NCBI GenBank assembly: GCA_963827235.1
Contig: CAWHAE010000012.1
Span: 1-64,000 of the forward strand
From: an uncultured bacterium
GTDB lineage: Bacteria; Chloroflexota; UBA5177; JANWHV01
Length of the DNA: 64,000 bases
Direction of reading: 5' to 3'
Shown: in pieces, positions 20,583 through 29,535 of the stretch
Layout: every line of letters begins with the position of its first letter
Position numbering within the stretch: the first letter of the stretch is position 1
Position numbers and translations under genes: made by a program
Notes under the pieces: model-generated
The model's input: the letters and a program-made list of their open reading frames with translations, nothing else
Told to the model about the DNA's origin: nothing
The model's database searches: none

Positions 20583-23309
20583 CTACTGCCCGGGCAACCT
20601 TGCAGACGCGCTTGAGGAGACGCGCTGGACCAGCGCCGTCTCAGCCTGTCGAGCCAGCGCGAAACAGACCGTCTGCAGCCGCCCAGCGAACGCTGCGGCG
20701 CCCTCGCCGGCCGCGGGCCGTAGTGGTGCTCCGAAGGCGACAGCCACCGGCCGGCGGTAGTAGCGTACCGGAATGCCGGCAATCACCAGGCCCGTGAAGC
20801 TCTCGGGCGCCCGTGGTGCCATGACCTGGTCGGTTCCCGCCAGGCCGAACGGCAGCACCGGCAGCTCGAGATCGGTGGCCAGTCGGCCGATGCCCGGCTT
20901 GAAGTCGGCAGTCGACAGCCCCTTCCGCTCGTCGGCAGGGTTGGTGTGGTGACCTTGGGGAAAGAACAAGATCGAGTTGCCGGCATCGGCGATCTGCGCC
21001 AGCCGGCGCAGGCTCTCTTCCTGGCCCGCGTACTGGCGCAGCGGGAAGAGGCCGAAGCTGACCGTGGCAAAGCGCCCGAGCCATCCGGCGCGGCCCACGA
21101 TCACCGACGACGCGGCGCAGACCATATGGTCGGCGATGCCGGGCGACGCGGCCTCGGCCAGTGCGCGCTGAATGGTCGGCACGTCCGCGTAGCTGCGGTG
21201 CGTGCCCGCCAGGATGGCACCGTGGCGCAATACGTCGAGGTGCTCCGAGCCCAGCACCACGACGTGCGAAACCGCATGCCGGTGCAGCAGTTCGATTGGC
21301 ATCCGCAGCCGGCGCAGGGCTCCTGCCTTCGTGTAGAGCCAGAGCGGAGGCAGCCACGTGTGCACCTCCTCGGCCCGTTTCACGCGATCCTCGGCCGGTG
21401 TGTCGCCGGCCCCGGCAGCCTCCGTTCCCGTGGCCACCGCCGAGACGGCCTGGCGTAGCGCGGCCAGCGTCATCGAGGTCTCGATCGTGCCTTCGGGAAG
21501 GCTCAGGCCGGTGCGGCTTTCGATCTCAACCGCCAGCCCCACCAGGCCAAGGCTGTCCAGCCCTAGCTCGGCCAGTGTTTGACCGTCGCTCACGGCCGCG
21601 CCGCCGATCACTGCGCGCAGGGCGGCGGCAACGGGGTCGTCGCCGGCTTGCGTTATGTCTACCTGCTGGGCTGCAGGTGCCTGCACCGGCAAGCGCTCCG
21701 GCACCGGGATCAGCCGCCGCTTGATCTTGAGCGTGGACGTGCGCGGGAAGTCGTCCTCCGGCCACCATGAGGCCGTGGCCACCCGCTGATGCACTGCCAG
21801 GTGGCCGTTGGCGGTGGCGACTATCCCGGGAACGGCCTGCGGGTCCCGCGCCCCCGCGGGCAGCAAATAGGCGTGCAGCGTGGCGCCGCCCGACGGACCG
21901 GGCACCAGCACGACCGCCGCATCCTTGACCGCGTCGACCTTCCGGAGCTGCTCCTCGACGTCGTCGGGCCACACGTTCATGCCGGAAGGAAGAACGAGCA
22001 GCTCCTGGGCGCGACCCATGATCGTGATGTTGCCCCGGGCATCTCGCTCCACGATATCGCCCGTAGCGTAGAAGCCGTCGGCGCCTATGGCCTGGGCGGT
22101 GCGCTCCGGGTCTTCCCAGTAACCCTTCATCACGTTGGGGCCGCGCACGAGCAGCTGGCCGCTCTCATCTATGCGTGTCTCCACCCCCGGAACGGGCGTT
22201 CCTACCGTGCCGAAGGGAGCACTGCCGTCCTCACGGCCGCAGGCGATCATCGGCGAGCACTCGCTCGCACCGTACCCCTGCAGCGTGCGAATACCCATGC
22301 GCTCCCAAAGCCGCTGCACCTCAGGGCTCAAGGCGGCCCCGCCGCTGGCCAGAAGCCGCAGCCGGCCTCCGAGACGATGCAGGATCGGCCAGAAGAGCAG
22401 GCGGCGCCAGCGCATGGGCAGGCGGTCCGCCAGTCGCAGCGCGCCCTGGTAGCGCTTGTCGCCCAGTATCTTCTTCAGCCGCTCTTCGGCGGCGCCGCCC
22501 ATGAGACTGAGCACCTGCGGTACCACCACCATGTGGGTGACGCGCTGCTCCTTCAGCACGCGCACGATGTCGGGACCTTTCCGGGATGGGATATAGGCAA
22601 CGTGGGCGCCGTGAACGATGGGATAGATCATGCCGCAGCTCAGCTCGTAGATGTGCGACAGCGGCAGAATGCTGCCAAGGACGTCGCCGGACCGCAGTGG
22701 CACTAATTCCGGCATGATCGCAACCTGCGAGAGGAGGTTGCGGTGCGTGAGCGTGCAGCCCTTGGGCGCCCCGGTCGTGCCCGATGTGAAGTAGATGACG
22801 GCAACACGGTCGCCGTCGGGCTCGATCAGGGGAGCGTTCCCCGGCGCGCGTCCCGGCTCCCACCATTCCTCGGCGGCCGTCTCGGAGGCCCACGACGGCG
22901 GCTGGCCATATCCCGTGATCACCAGGGCAGGACGCACGTGCCGGAGGATGGCACGAGCCGCCTCGAGGTTCATCTCGCGGTCGAACGGCACGCCGATGGC
23001 GCCGAGGCGCCAGATGGCCGCGAAGAGCGCCGGAGTACGCCATCCATTCGGCACCCAAAGCACGACGCGGCTCCCCTCGGTCACGCCGCGAGCGTGCAGA
23101 TCGCGGGCCAGGGCCTCCACCCGATCGATGAACTGACTGCCGGTCAGGATCTTCCAACGGAGTCCTTCCTGGCCGCTGACCACGGGCGCCTGCGGTTGCC
23201 GGCGGCAGCGGCCGGCGATTGCCGCGAACAGGTCGCCGGCGAGAGGCCCTTGGGCCGCGTCGAGCGGCCGCACTGCCATACCGGTAGGGCTCACCGTCGT
23301 CTGTGCCAT
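20583..23309 (-). CDS. AMP-binding long-chain acyl-CoA/ACP ligase fused to ACP and PlsC-type acyltransferase
   Basis: YFTSGTTGAPKG, QGYGASE, TGD; ACP LGLDSL; acyltransferase THRSYAD, FFPQG. Confidence 0.9.
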   Translation of the reverse strand: MAQTTVSPTGMAVRPLDAAQGPLAGDLFAAIAGRCRRQPQAPVVSGQEGLRWKILTGSQFIDRVEALARDLHARGVTEGSRVVLWVPNGWRTPALFAAIWRLGAIGVPFDREMNLEAARAILRHVRPALVITGYGQPPSWASETAAEEWWEPGRAPGNAPLIEPDGDRVAVIYFTSGTTGAPKGCTLTHRNLLSQVAIMPELVPLRSGDVLGSILPLSHIYELSCGMIYPIVHGAHVAYIPSRKGPDIVRVLKEQRVTHMVVVPQVLSLMGGAAEERLKKILGDKRYQGALRLADRLPMRWRRLLFWPILHRLGGRLRLLASGGAALSPEVQRLWERMGIRTLQGYGASECSPMIACGREDGSAPFGTVGTPVPGVETRIDESGQLLVRGPNVMKGYWEDPERTAQAIGADGFYATGDIVERDARGNITIMGRAQELLVLPSGMNVWPDDVEEQLRKVDAVKDAAVVLVPGPSGGATLHAYLLPAGARDPQAVPGIVATANGHLAVHQRVATASWWPEDDFPRTSTLKIKRRLIPVPERLPVQAPAAQQVDITQAGDDPVAAALRAVIGGAAVSDGQTLAELGLDSLGLVGLAVEIESRTGLSLPEGTIETSMTLAALRQAVSAVATGTEAAGAGDTPAEDRVKRAEEVHTWLPPLWLYTKAGALRRLRMPIELLHRHAVSHVVVLGSEHLDVLRHGAILAGTHRSYADVPTIQRALAEAASPGIADHMVCAASSVIVGRAGWLGRFATVSFGLFPLRQYAGQEESLRRLAQIADAGNSILFFPQGHHTNPADERKGLSTADFKPGIGRLATDLELPVLPFGLAGTDQVMAPRAPESFTGLVIAGIPVRYYRRPVAVAFGAPLRPAAGEGAAAFAGRLQTVCFALARQAETALVQRVSSSASARLPGQ

Positions 23310-23653
23310 GTGTTGCCACCTTCCGTCAAGAACTGCGCGCGTGCAAGCGCGCCCCAAAACCCGATCGCCGATTGTACTGTGCCGTGTCGCACGGTGGGCC
23401 GGTCCGCCGAGCCGCGGCAGCGCTTCCATGTGCCGTCGTGGGCCCGGATGACTGCATTCTAGGGTGCGGGAAGCTATCAAATGTAGTGCAACAGCTCTAC
23501 CAAAGTCTCACGGGTCGGTCGGCAAGAGGCCGAAGAGAGTATTGTGGAGCGTGTGCCCTGGGGACGAGAGCGGCAGCACGCCTATGCTGCGGTCAGGTCG
23601 CGAGGCGCTCGGAACGAATGAGTGCAGCGTCCTGTGCCCGAGAGGTGACGAGG

Positions 23654-24841
23654 ATGAGCACGCAACCGGTATCCCGTCGCACTATGGCATTCTACAGCGC
23701 GGCCTCCATTGGCTCAGGCGTCTTCAACGCGTTCAACAACTTCGTGTTGCCGCTCCTGCTGAAGGGAGCGCCGCCCCTGGTCGTCAATCTCCTGAGCAAC
23801 ACGCGATCGATCGAGGGCACGGTCGTGCAGCCCACGATCGGCGCCTGGAGCGATCGCATCTGGACGCGCCTGGGGCGCCGCCGGCCGTTCATGGCCGTGG
23901 CAATTCCGCTCAGTGCCGTCTTCATCGTGCTCACCCCGCTGGCGCCGAACCTGGCATTCACCGCGCTGTGCGTATTTCTCTTTTCGCTCCTCTACAATAT
24001 CGCGTCCGATCCCTACAATGCCTTACAGGCAGACATAGCGCCGGCTCGGCAAAGGCCGCTGCTCAACGCGATCGCCAACGTGGTCACGCTCGTCAGTCAG
24101 GCGGGCTTGCTCTTGGCGCTTGCCGGACGGAAGCACATCCCCACGCCGATATACCCCATGGTGGCAGCCGTGATCCTGATCACGTTTGCCTTTACCGTGG
24201 TGGGCGTGTCCGAGCAGAGAAGCCGGATTCAGCTCGAGCCGCGCACCCCACTCGCGGAGTATCTCCAGTCGCTGCGCACACACCGAGCCGCCGCCCGCTA
24301 CCTGCTTGCTCTGGCGCTGTACAACATCGGCGTCAACACCATTCTCGTCAATCTCACCCGCTACGCGACGAACGTGCTGAACGTGTCGGACGGCACCGCG
24401 TTCCAGCTCGCCCTGGTATTGGTGCTGCTGACGGGACTCTTCGTGGTGCCGTCGGCCAAGCTCGCCGAGAAGGTGGGGATGAAGCCCGTGCTGGCCTGCG
24501 GCCTGCTCCTGATCGCGGTGGCCGCGGCGCTGGCTCTGCCCGTCCGGACGGCGCTGCAAGTCCTTCCCCTGCTGGTGGTGGCGGGCATCGGGAACGGCGC
24601 GTATAATGCACTCTCATGGCCGCTGCTGACCACACTGATCCCGTCGCAGCGCACAGGCGTCTTCGCCGGATTGAAGTCGGCGGCCGAATCGATCTCCGCG
24701 TTCTTCTCCAGCTTCCTGGCCGCACTGATGGTGGCGCAATGGGGCTATCGCAGTATCTTCCTCGTCCTGCTGCTTTCGACGGCCGCGGCTCTGGCCGTCT
24801 TGCTGACGCTCGATAGCGGCGTGGACCTCGCACAGGCCTAG
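23654..24841 (+). CDS. MFS transporter (GPH/sugar-like)
   Basis: GAWSDRIWTRLGRRRPF, about 12 TM segments. Confidence 0.9.
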   Translation: MSTQPVSRRTMAFYSAASIGSGVFNAFNNFVLPLLLKGAPPLVVNLLSNTRSIEGTVVQPTIGAWSDRIWTRLGRRRPFMAVAIPLSAVFIVLTPLAPNLAFTALCVFLFSLLYNIASDPYNALQADIAPARQRPLLNAIANVVTLVSQAGLLLALAGRKHIPTPIYPMVAAVILITFAFTVVGVSEQRSRIQLEPRTPLAEYLQSLRTHRAAARYLLALALYNIGVNTILVNLTRYATNVLNVSDGTAFQLALVLVLLTGLFVVPSAKLAEKVGMKPVLACGLLLIAVAAALALPVRTALQVLPLLVVAGIGNGAYNALSWPLLTTLIPSQRTGVFAGLKSAAESISAFFSSFLAALMVAQWGYRSIFLVLLLSTAAALAVLLTLDSGVDLAQA

Positions 24842-24961
24842 GACGGCACGACGCACCCGCGTGAGGCCGGCGGCAACTGCCGGTTGACAGTTTTGTACAG
24901 TGTTTGACCTGTGTCCGACAGCTATGCCGCGCCCAGTATGCAGGTGTAAGGCGCTAGCAAC

Positions 24962-26335
24962 ATGGAGGAGGGTCGTTCCGTGGACATGGCCATTCGAGTC
25001 CGGCACGCCGTGCCGTCACACGCTCGCTCCTATGCCTCGCATGTGCTGTGGATCATGTTTGCCATTAACTTTCTCAACTACATGGACCGCTTCATCCTGC
25101 CCTCGGTCCTTTCCAGCATCCAGAAAGAGTTCCACATTACCGACTTTCAGTCCGGACTGCTTGCCACCGCCTTTACCCTCGTCTACGCCGTGGCGGCGCT
25201 GCCCTTTGGCCTCTGGGCGGATCGCGGTATCCGGAAGAACGTGGTGGCCGTGGGAGTTGGCCTGTGGAGCCTGGCCACGCTGGTGACCGGTACGGCGGTC
25301 AACTTCCTCTCCTTGTTCGCGGCCCGCGCGGCAGTCGGCGTCGGTGAGGCGGGCTACTATCCTGCCGGCACCTCGCTCCTGGTCGACTACTTTCCCAAAG
25401 AGAAGCGGGCCTGGATGCTCGGCGTGTGGAACGTGGGCGCCAGCCTGGGCGTGGCAGTCGGCTTTGCTGCCGGAGGCGTGATCGCCGACCGCTGGGGCTG
25501 GCGCTGGGCATTCTACTTCACCGCCATCCCCGGCGCCGTGTGCGCCCTGCTGGCTTTCCGTATGCGCGAGCCCGTGCGCGGTGGCGAGGCGGCCGAGCCG
25601 CGAACCGGCATGAGCGCCGAGAGATCGGGATCCGTGAGCGCGCCCGCGGAGGCTGCCCCGCCGTACATGACGGCGCTACGCCGCGTCCTAGCAGTGCGGA
25701 CCATGCGCTTTGCCGTGGTAGCGCAGACCATGAACTTCTTCGTCATCGGCGCGGCGGTGCTGTGGTTCCCCACCTTGCTGCAGCGACGGTTCCAGATGTC
25801 CGAGGGCACCGCGGGGCTGATCAGCGGCGGCGTGCTGGTCCTGGCCGGGATTGCCGGCACGCTCGGCGGCGGCTGGCTTGCCGACCGGCTGCTGCCGCGC
25901 TTCCCCTCGGCGCGTCTCCTGGTAACCGCCTGCGCCTTTCTGCTCAGCGCCCCGTTGCTCGTCTTCTCACTCCTTGCCAACAGCCTCGTCGTCTTGCTGC
26001 CGCTGTTCTTTCTCGCCGGAACCTGCCTGCAGGCCTACAACGGGCCGATGAGCGCCTTGATGCAGGACGTGATGCGGCCCGAGCTGCGTGCCGTGGCCGT
26101 CGCGGTCTCGCTCGTCGCCGCGCATGTGCTGGGCGATGCCTTCAGCCCATCCTTGGTAGGCGGACTGTCCGATCTGATCGGCGCGGGGCACGCCGATACG
26201 CTCGGCCACCATCTCACCGATGCGCTGGGGTTCACGCTGCCGCCGGTGATACTGGCCGCCGGCGTTGTCTGCCTGCTTGGCCTGCGCCATGTCGAGCGTG
26301 ATACCCGTGCAGCCGAGCGCGCATACGGTACATAG
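24962..26335 (+). CDS. MFS transporter, spinster-like
   Basis: INFLNYMDR, G.WADR..RK, RAAVGVGEA, H.LGDA.SP. Confidence 0.9.
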   Translation: MEEGRSVDMAIRVRHAVPSHARSYASHVLWIMFAINFLNYMDRFILPSVLSSIQKEFHITDFQSGLLATAFTLVYAVAALPFGLWADRGIRKNVVAVGVGLWSLATLVTGTAVNFLSLFAARAAVGVGEAGYYPAGTSLLVDYFPKEKRAWMLGVWNVGASLGVAVGFAAGGVIADRWGWRWAFYFTAIPGAVCALLAFRMREPVRGGEAAEPRTGMSAERSGSVSAPAEAAPPYMTALRRVLAVRTMRFAVVAQTMNFFVIGAAVLWFPTLLQRRFQMSEGTAGLISGGVLVLAGIAGTLGGGWLADRLLPRFPSARLLVTACAFLLSAPLLVFSLLANSLVVLLPLFFLAGTCLQAYNGPMSALMQDVMRPELRAVAVAVSLVAAHVLGDAFSPSLVGGLSDLIGAGHADTLGHHLTDALGFTLPPVILAAGVVCLLGLRHVERDTRAAERAYGT

Positions 26336-26394
26336 TCCTGCCTGGGTAGCCGGCTGCTTGTAGTGTGTATGCTCCACCCCGCGTGTCCGTGGTG

Positions 26395-27990
26395 CTAGAC
26401 CGGCACTGCTACCGGGACACGAGGTGTCTCGGACGGAGTCTCGACCGGCGCCGGGCCGCCTGCCGCTCGTTCCCGCTCCCGAAGGGCCGCCGCGAGAGTG
26501 TCCGAGGCACGTCGCTGCCACTTGTGGAAGGTGGCCTCATCCAGCTGCATCAGCCACTCCACCACCCGTTCCAGGTCGGCGCGCGGGCCACCCTCTCGTT
26601 GCCGGCGTTCCTGGAGCTGGCGCAGCACGCCCGGCCACCGGCGGCGGCCGATACCGCGCACGTAGGGATAGTACAGGCAGTTATAGAAACGGGCGGCCTC
26701 GGCCACGACGCCGTGCCTCCCGTCTGCGGGCTTGAGCGCCTCGACGAGGTCCACCAAGATCTCCGCGAGCACGGCCGCGCGGTTGAGCCGATTGTCCTCC
26801 AGCGCGTGATCCTGCACGCTGCGAGCGATGGCAGTGAGGTTGAGCAGCGGACTGGTAGCCAGCCTGGTCGGATCGGTCAGGTGGGTGAGCGCGCGGCGCA
26901 CCGCGTCGTCGAACTGCTTGCACGTGGCCAGCTCCGGGCTGGGCCCAGCCGGCGGGGTGGCCAGCGCCCCAATATAGGCACGCGCCGCGGCACGCTCCTC
27001 CCGCACGGCGGTGGAGAAGAATACTCTATCCAGCCATTCGCCCATCCGGTCGGAGAGCGGATGGAACGGCGTGATCACCACCACCAGGCCGATGATCAGC
27101 CAGCGGTTGCGCGCGTCGTCAAAGCCGACCAGCCCGCCGGTGAGGCCCAGCAAAGCCGCCACCAGGGCGACCAGCACCGTGCCGCTGTAGAGGAAATCGC
27201 GGCGCACGTCTATCCCCAGCAGCAGGGCACTGCGCACCGCTATGGTCGCCAGCACCGCACCCAGCCCGGTCAGCAGCAGCAAGTAGGCGACAAGCTCGGG
27301 CCAGGCAGCGCGTAGCAGCTCGCGCAGCGATTCGTAGCCGCCGCCGGCCAGAAAGCAGAGCGCGCCCCCCACCAGCAGCCGTACCTCCAGAGCGGACACG
27401 GGCGCCTGAGACGGATCTGCCGTCTCCTCCCGGCGTGTCGCGTCGCCGCGCATGAGGGCCACCAGGTTGGCTGTCGCGAGACCAGTACAGATCAGAACGT
27501 AGCCGGTGTACAGCCCATACAGGGGTCCGGCCGGATCCTGGCGAAGGGTGATGTAGTCGCGCACCAGATTGGTGCCTGCGCCCAGGATCACGATCGACGC
27601 TGCCGCGCCGTAGCTGGCCCAGAGGAGCGGTCGCCGCCAGCGCGCGGATGCCGCGTGCGGATTGAGACAGAGACTTAAATGGAGCCACAACGTGACAGGC
27701 GCTACATCGCAGAGCCAGCTAAGCCGGTCCAGTGCCAGCCACACGCCAGCCGGTCCATCGTGCAGTGCCTCTTCCATGCTCCCGCAGAGGAAGAAGAGGG
27801 TCGTGGCAAGCGCGGTGCCGCCGGTCAGCACGGACACGGCACTCCGCTGTCCGCGCGCTACGACGTACAGGCCCAGCCAAAGGAACCCGGCCAGGCCAAT
27901 CACGTGGAGCACGAAGAGCGGCGTCTCGCTCGCCAACTTCACTATGCCCTCAGGCACGCGTACGGCGACAGGGACATCGACCGGCACCAT
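26395..27990 (-). CDS. Multi-pass membrane protein (7TM-HisKA-like N-terminus) with uncharacterised helical C-terminal domain
   Basis: About 9 hydrophobic segments, then FDDAVRRAL..L.DP..L..SPLL.L and a basic/helical tail. No HisKA or HATPase motifs. Confidence 0.65.
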   Translation of the reverse strand: MVPVDVPVAVRVPEGIVKLASETPLFVLHVIGLAGFLWLGLYVVARGQRSAVSVLTGGTALATTLFFLCGSMEEALHDGPAGVWLALDRLSWLCDVAPVTLWLHLSLCLNPHAASARWRRPLLWASYGAAASIVILGAGTNLVRDYITLRQDPAGPLYGLYTGYVLICTGLATANLVALMRGDATRREETADPSQAPVSALEVRLLVGGALCFLAGGGYESLRELLRAAWPELVAYLLLLTGLGAVLATIAVRSALLLGIDVRRDFLYSGTVLVALVAALLGLTGGLVGFDDARNRWLIIGLVVVITPFHPLSDRMGEWLDRVFFSTAVREERAAARAYIGALATPPAGPSPELATCKQFDDAVRRALTHLTDPTRLATSPLLNLTAIARSVQDHALEDNRLNRAAVLAEILVDLVEALKPADGRHGVVAEAARFYNCLYYPYVRGIGRRRWPGVLRQLQERRQREGGPRADLERVVEWLMQLDEATFHKWQRRASDTLAAALRERERAAGGPAPVETPSETPRVPVAVPV

Positions 27991-28059
27991 GATAGCACGG
28001 GGTCCGCCTTACTGCACGACTTCAAGGACTACGCGCACCTCCTAGCCTGGCTGGCCCGG

Positions 28060-29454
28060 CTACGTGCCGCGTTCGTTGATGTTCGCCCATGCCAGCGCCG
28101 ACGCGGAGTGGCATTCCCTTCTGGTCCAGATCGTCTTCAGCGTGCCCAAACGAGCGCGATCGGGCGGGTTGAAGGGGAAGGCCTTCAACTCAGGCGCCAT
28201 ACGCGCGATCAGGTCCACGTGATGCTGGGAGGCCACCCGCTTGTCCGCGGGAACCTGCAGCACGCAGCCATAATAGAGATGCGGGTTGGCCGCGAAGAAT
28301 TCAGTGCCGTTGGCCAGATCGAGCGCTTGCGCGACGGAGCTTCGCCACCCGCCAAGACGCTGCTCGAGATAGAAGCGATCGCGCCAGTCCATCTCCTCGT
28401 GCGGCGTCTGCCTGGCCCAGGAAACCCATGCCTGCAGCGCGCCGGTGATCTCGCGCTCCCGGCGCAGGCCCACCTTGTAGACCGGTTGCACGATCGCGCT
28501 GGTCTCCGGCGGGTTTGGATTCACACTCGTCGCCGGATACAGCTTCCAGTAGAAGCCGCGTCCGAGCTCGAACCAGCCGCCTGCCAGGACGATATCGGTC
28601 GGCCGCACGCTGCCGAAGTACCCAAGCGTGATGAGATACCGGTCGCTGTCGACGCACAGGCCGGCCACGTGCTGCTCGTAGACACGCGTCAGGGAAGCGG
28701 TGAAGCCGGTGCCCCAGTCGAACGCGTGAGGTACACCCGCGGCTTGAGCCAGTTGCGGAGGTAGAACGCGGTCGCCGGTGGCCATGCCGCGAGTGCCGTA
28801 GGTGAAGGCGCGCACGGGGATGCCGGCATGCACCGCCGTGGCGAGCAGCAGCCGGGAATCGTAGCCGCCGGTGAGCGGCAGCCACACGGTCTCGGTGAGC
28901 TGTGCAGCGTTCTGCATGGCGGTGGTCAGGCACTCCTGAAGGCGTGCAAGCACTGCGTCGTAGCTCTGGATGGCCGGCACGGGCGGAAGCAGACGGCGAG
29001 GGGTCACCGCACCGCTGGAGAGGTCCAGGATCTGGCTTGGCATCAGCCGCCGGATCGACGCAAAGCGGGAGCGTGGGGGCGTGTACCAGTCAAAGCCAAC
29101 TTTGTGGTGTATGGTGCGCAGCGGTCTCCTGCTCGCGTGCAAAATGCCGGCCAGGAGACCCGGGAGTGCGCTCCGACCGCCGTTGTTCACGCCGGCTCTG
29201 TGGGAGCCGCGAGCGTGCACCTCAGACTGCTTCGGGACCGCATCGGGCAGGGCCGTACCGAGTACCGGACGGCTGGCTCCGTATCCCCGGTCAGCGCTCT
29301 CGTCGACCCGGGCTGTGCCTCGTCCCACCTGTACCTCGACCCGATTATGGGTGTTGCAGCAGTAAGAGTCCAGCCCATAGGGACCGCTGTGCGCTGGATA
29401 GCATGGCCTCCCATCGCAATGTCGGTTGCCGTCGCCGAACCACATGCGCGCCAC
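28060..29454 (-). CDS. Asparagine synthase-related amidotransferase-like protein (start uncertain, N-terminal ~100 aa doubtful)
   Basis: PP-loop LPLTGGYDSRLLLA, GGWFELGRGFY, DRFYLEQRLGGW, PFNP. Confidence 0.7.
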   Translation of the reverse strand: MARMWFGDGNRHCDGRPCYPAHSGPYGLDSYCCNTHNRVEVQVGRGTARVDESADRGYGASRPVLGTALPDAVPKQSEVHARGSHRAGVNNGGRSALPGLLAGILHASRRPLRTIHHKVGFDWYTPPRSRFASIRRLMPSQILDLSSGAVTPRRLLPPVPAIQSYDAVLARLQECLTTAMQNAAQLTETVWLPLTGGYDSRLLLATAVHAGIPVRAFTYGTRGMATGDRVLPPQLAQAAGVPHAFDWGTGFTASLTRVYEQHVAGLCVDSDRYLITLGYFGSVRPTDIVLAGGWFELGRGFYWKLYPATSVNPNPPETSAIVQPVYKVGLRREREITGALQAWVSWARQTPHEEMDWRDRFYLEQRLGGWRSSVAQALDLANGTEFFAANPHLYYGCVLQVPADKRVASQHHVDLIARMAPELKAFPFNPPDRARLGTLKTIWTRRECHSASALAWANINERGT

Positions 29455-29535
29455 CCACGGTGCGGAGAGATCCGCACCGTGGGTGGCGGTAGCTACGATT
29501 CCGGTGTATGTCGGGATGCTACCTGCGCGGTTGCA

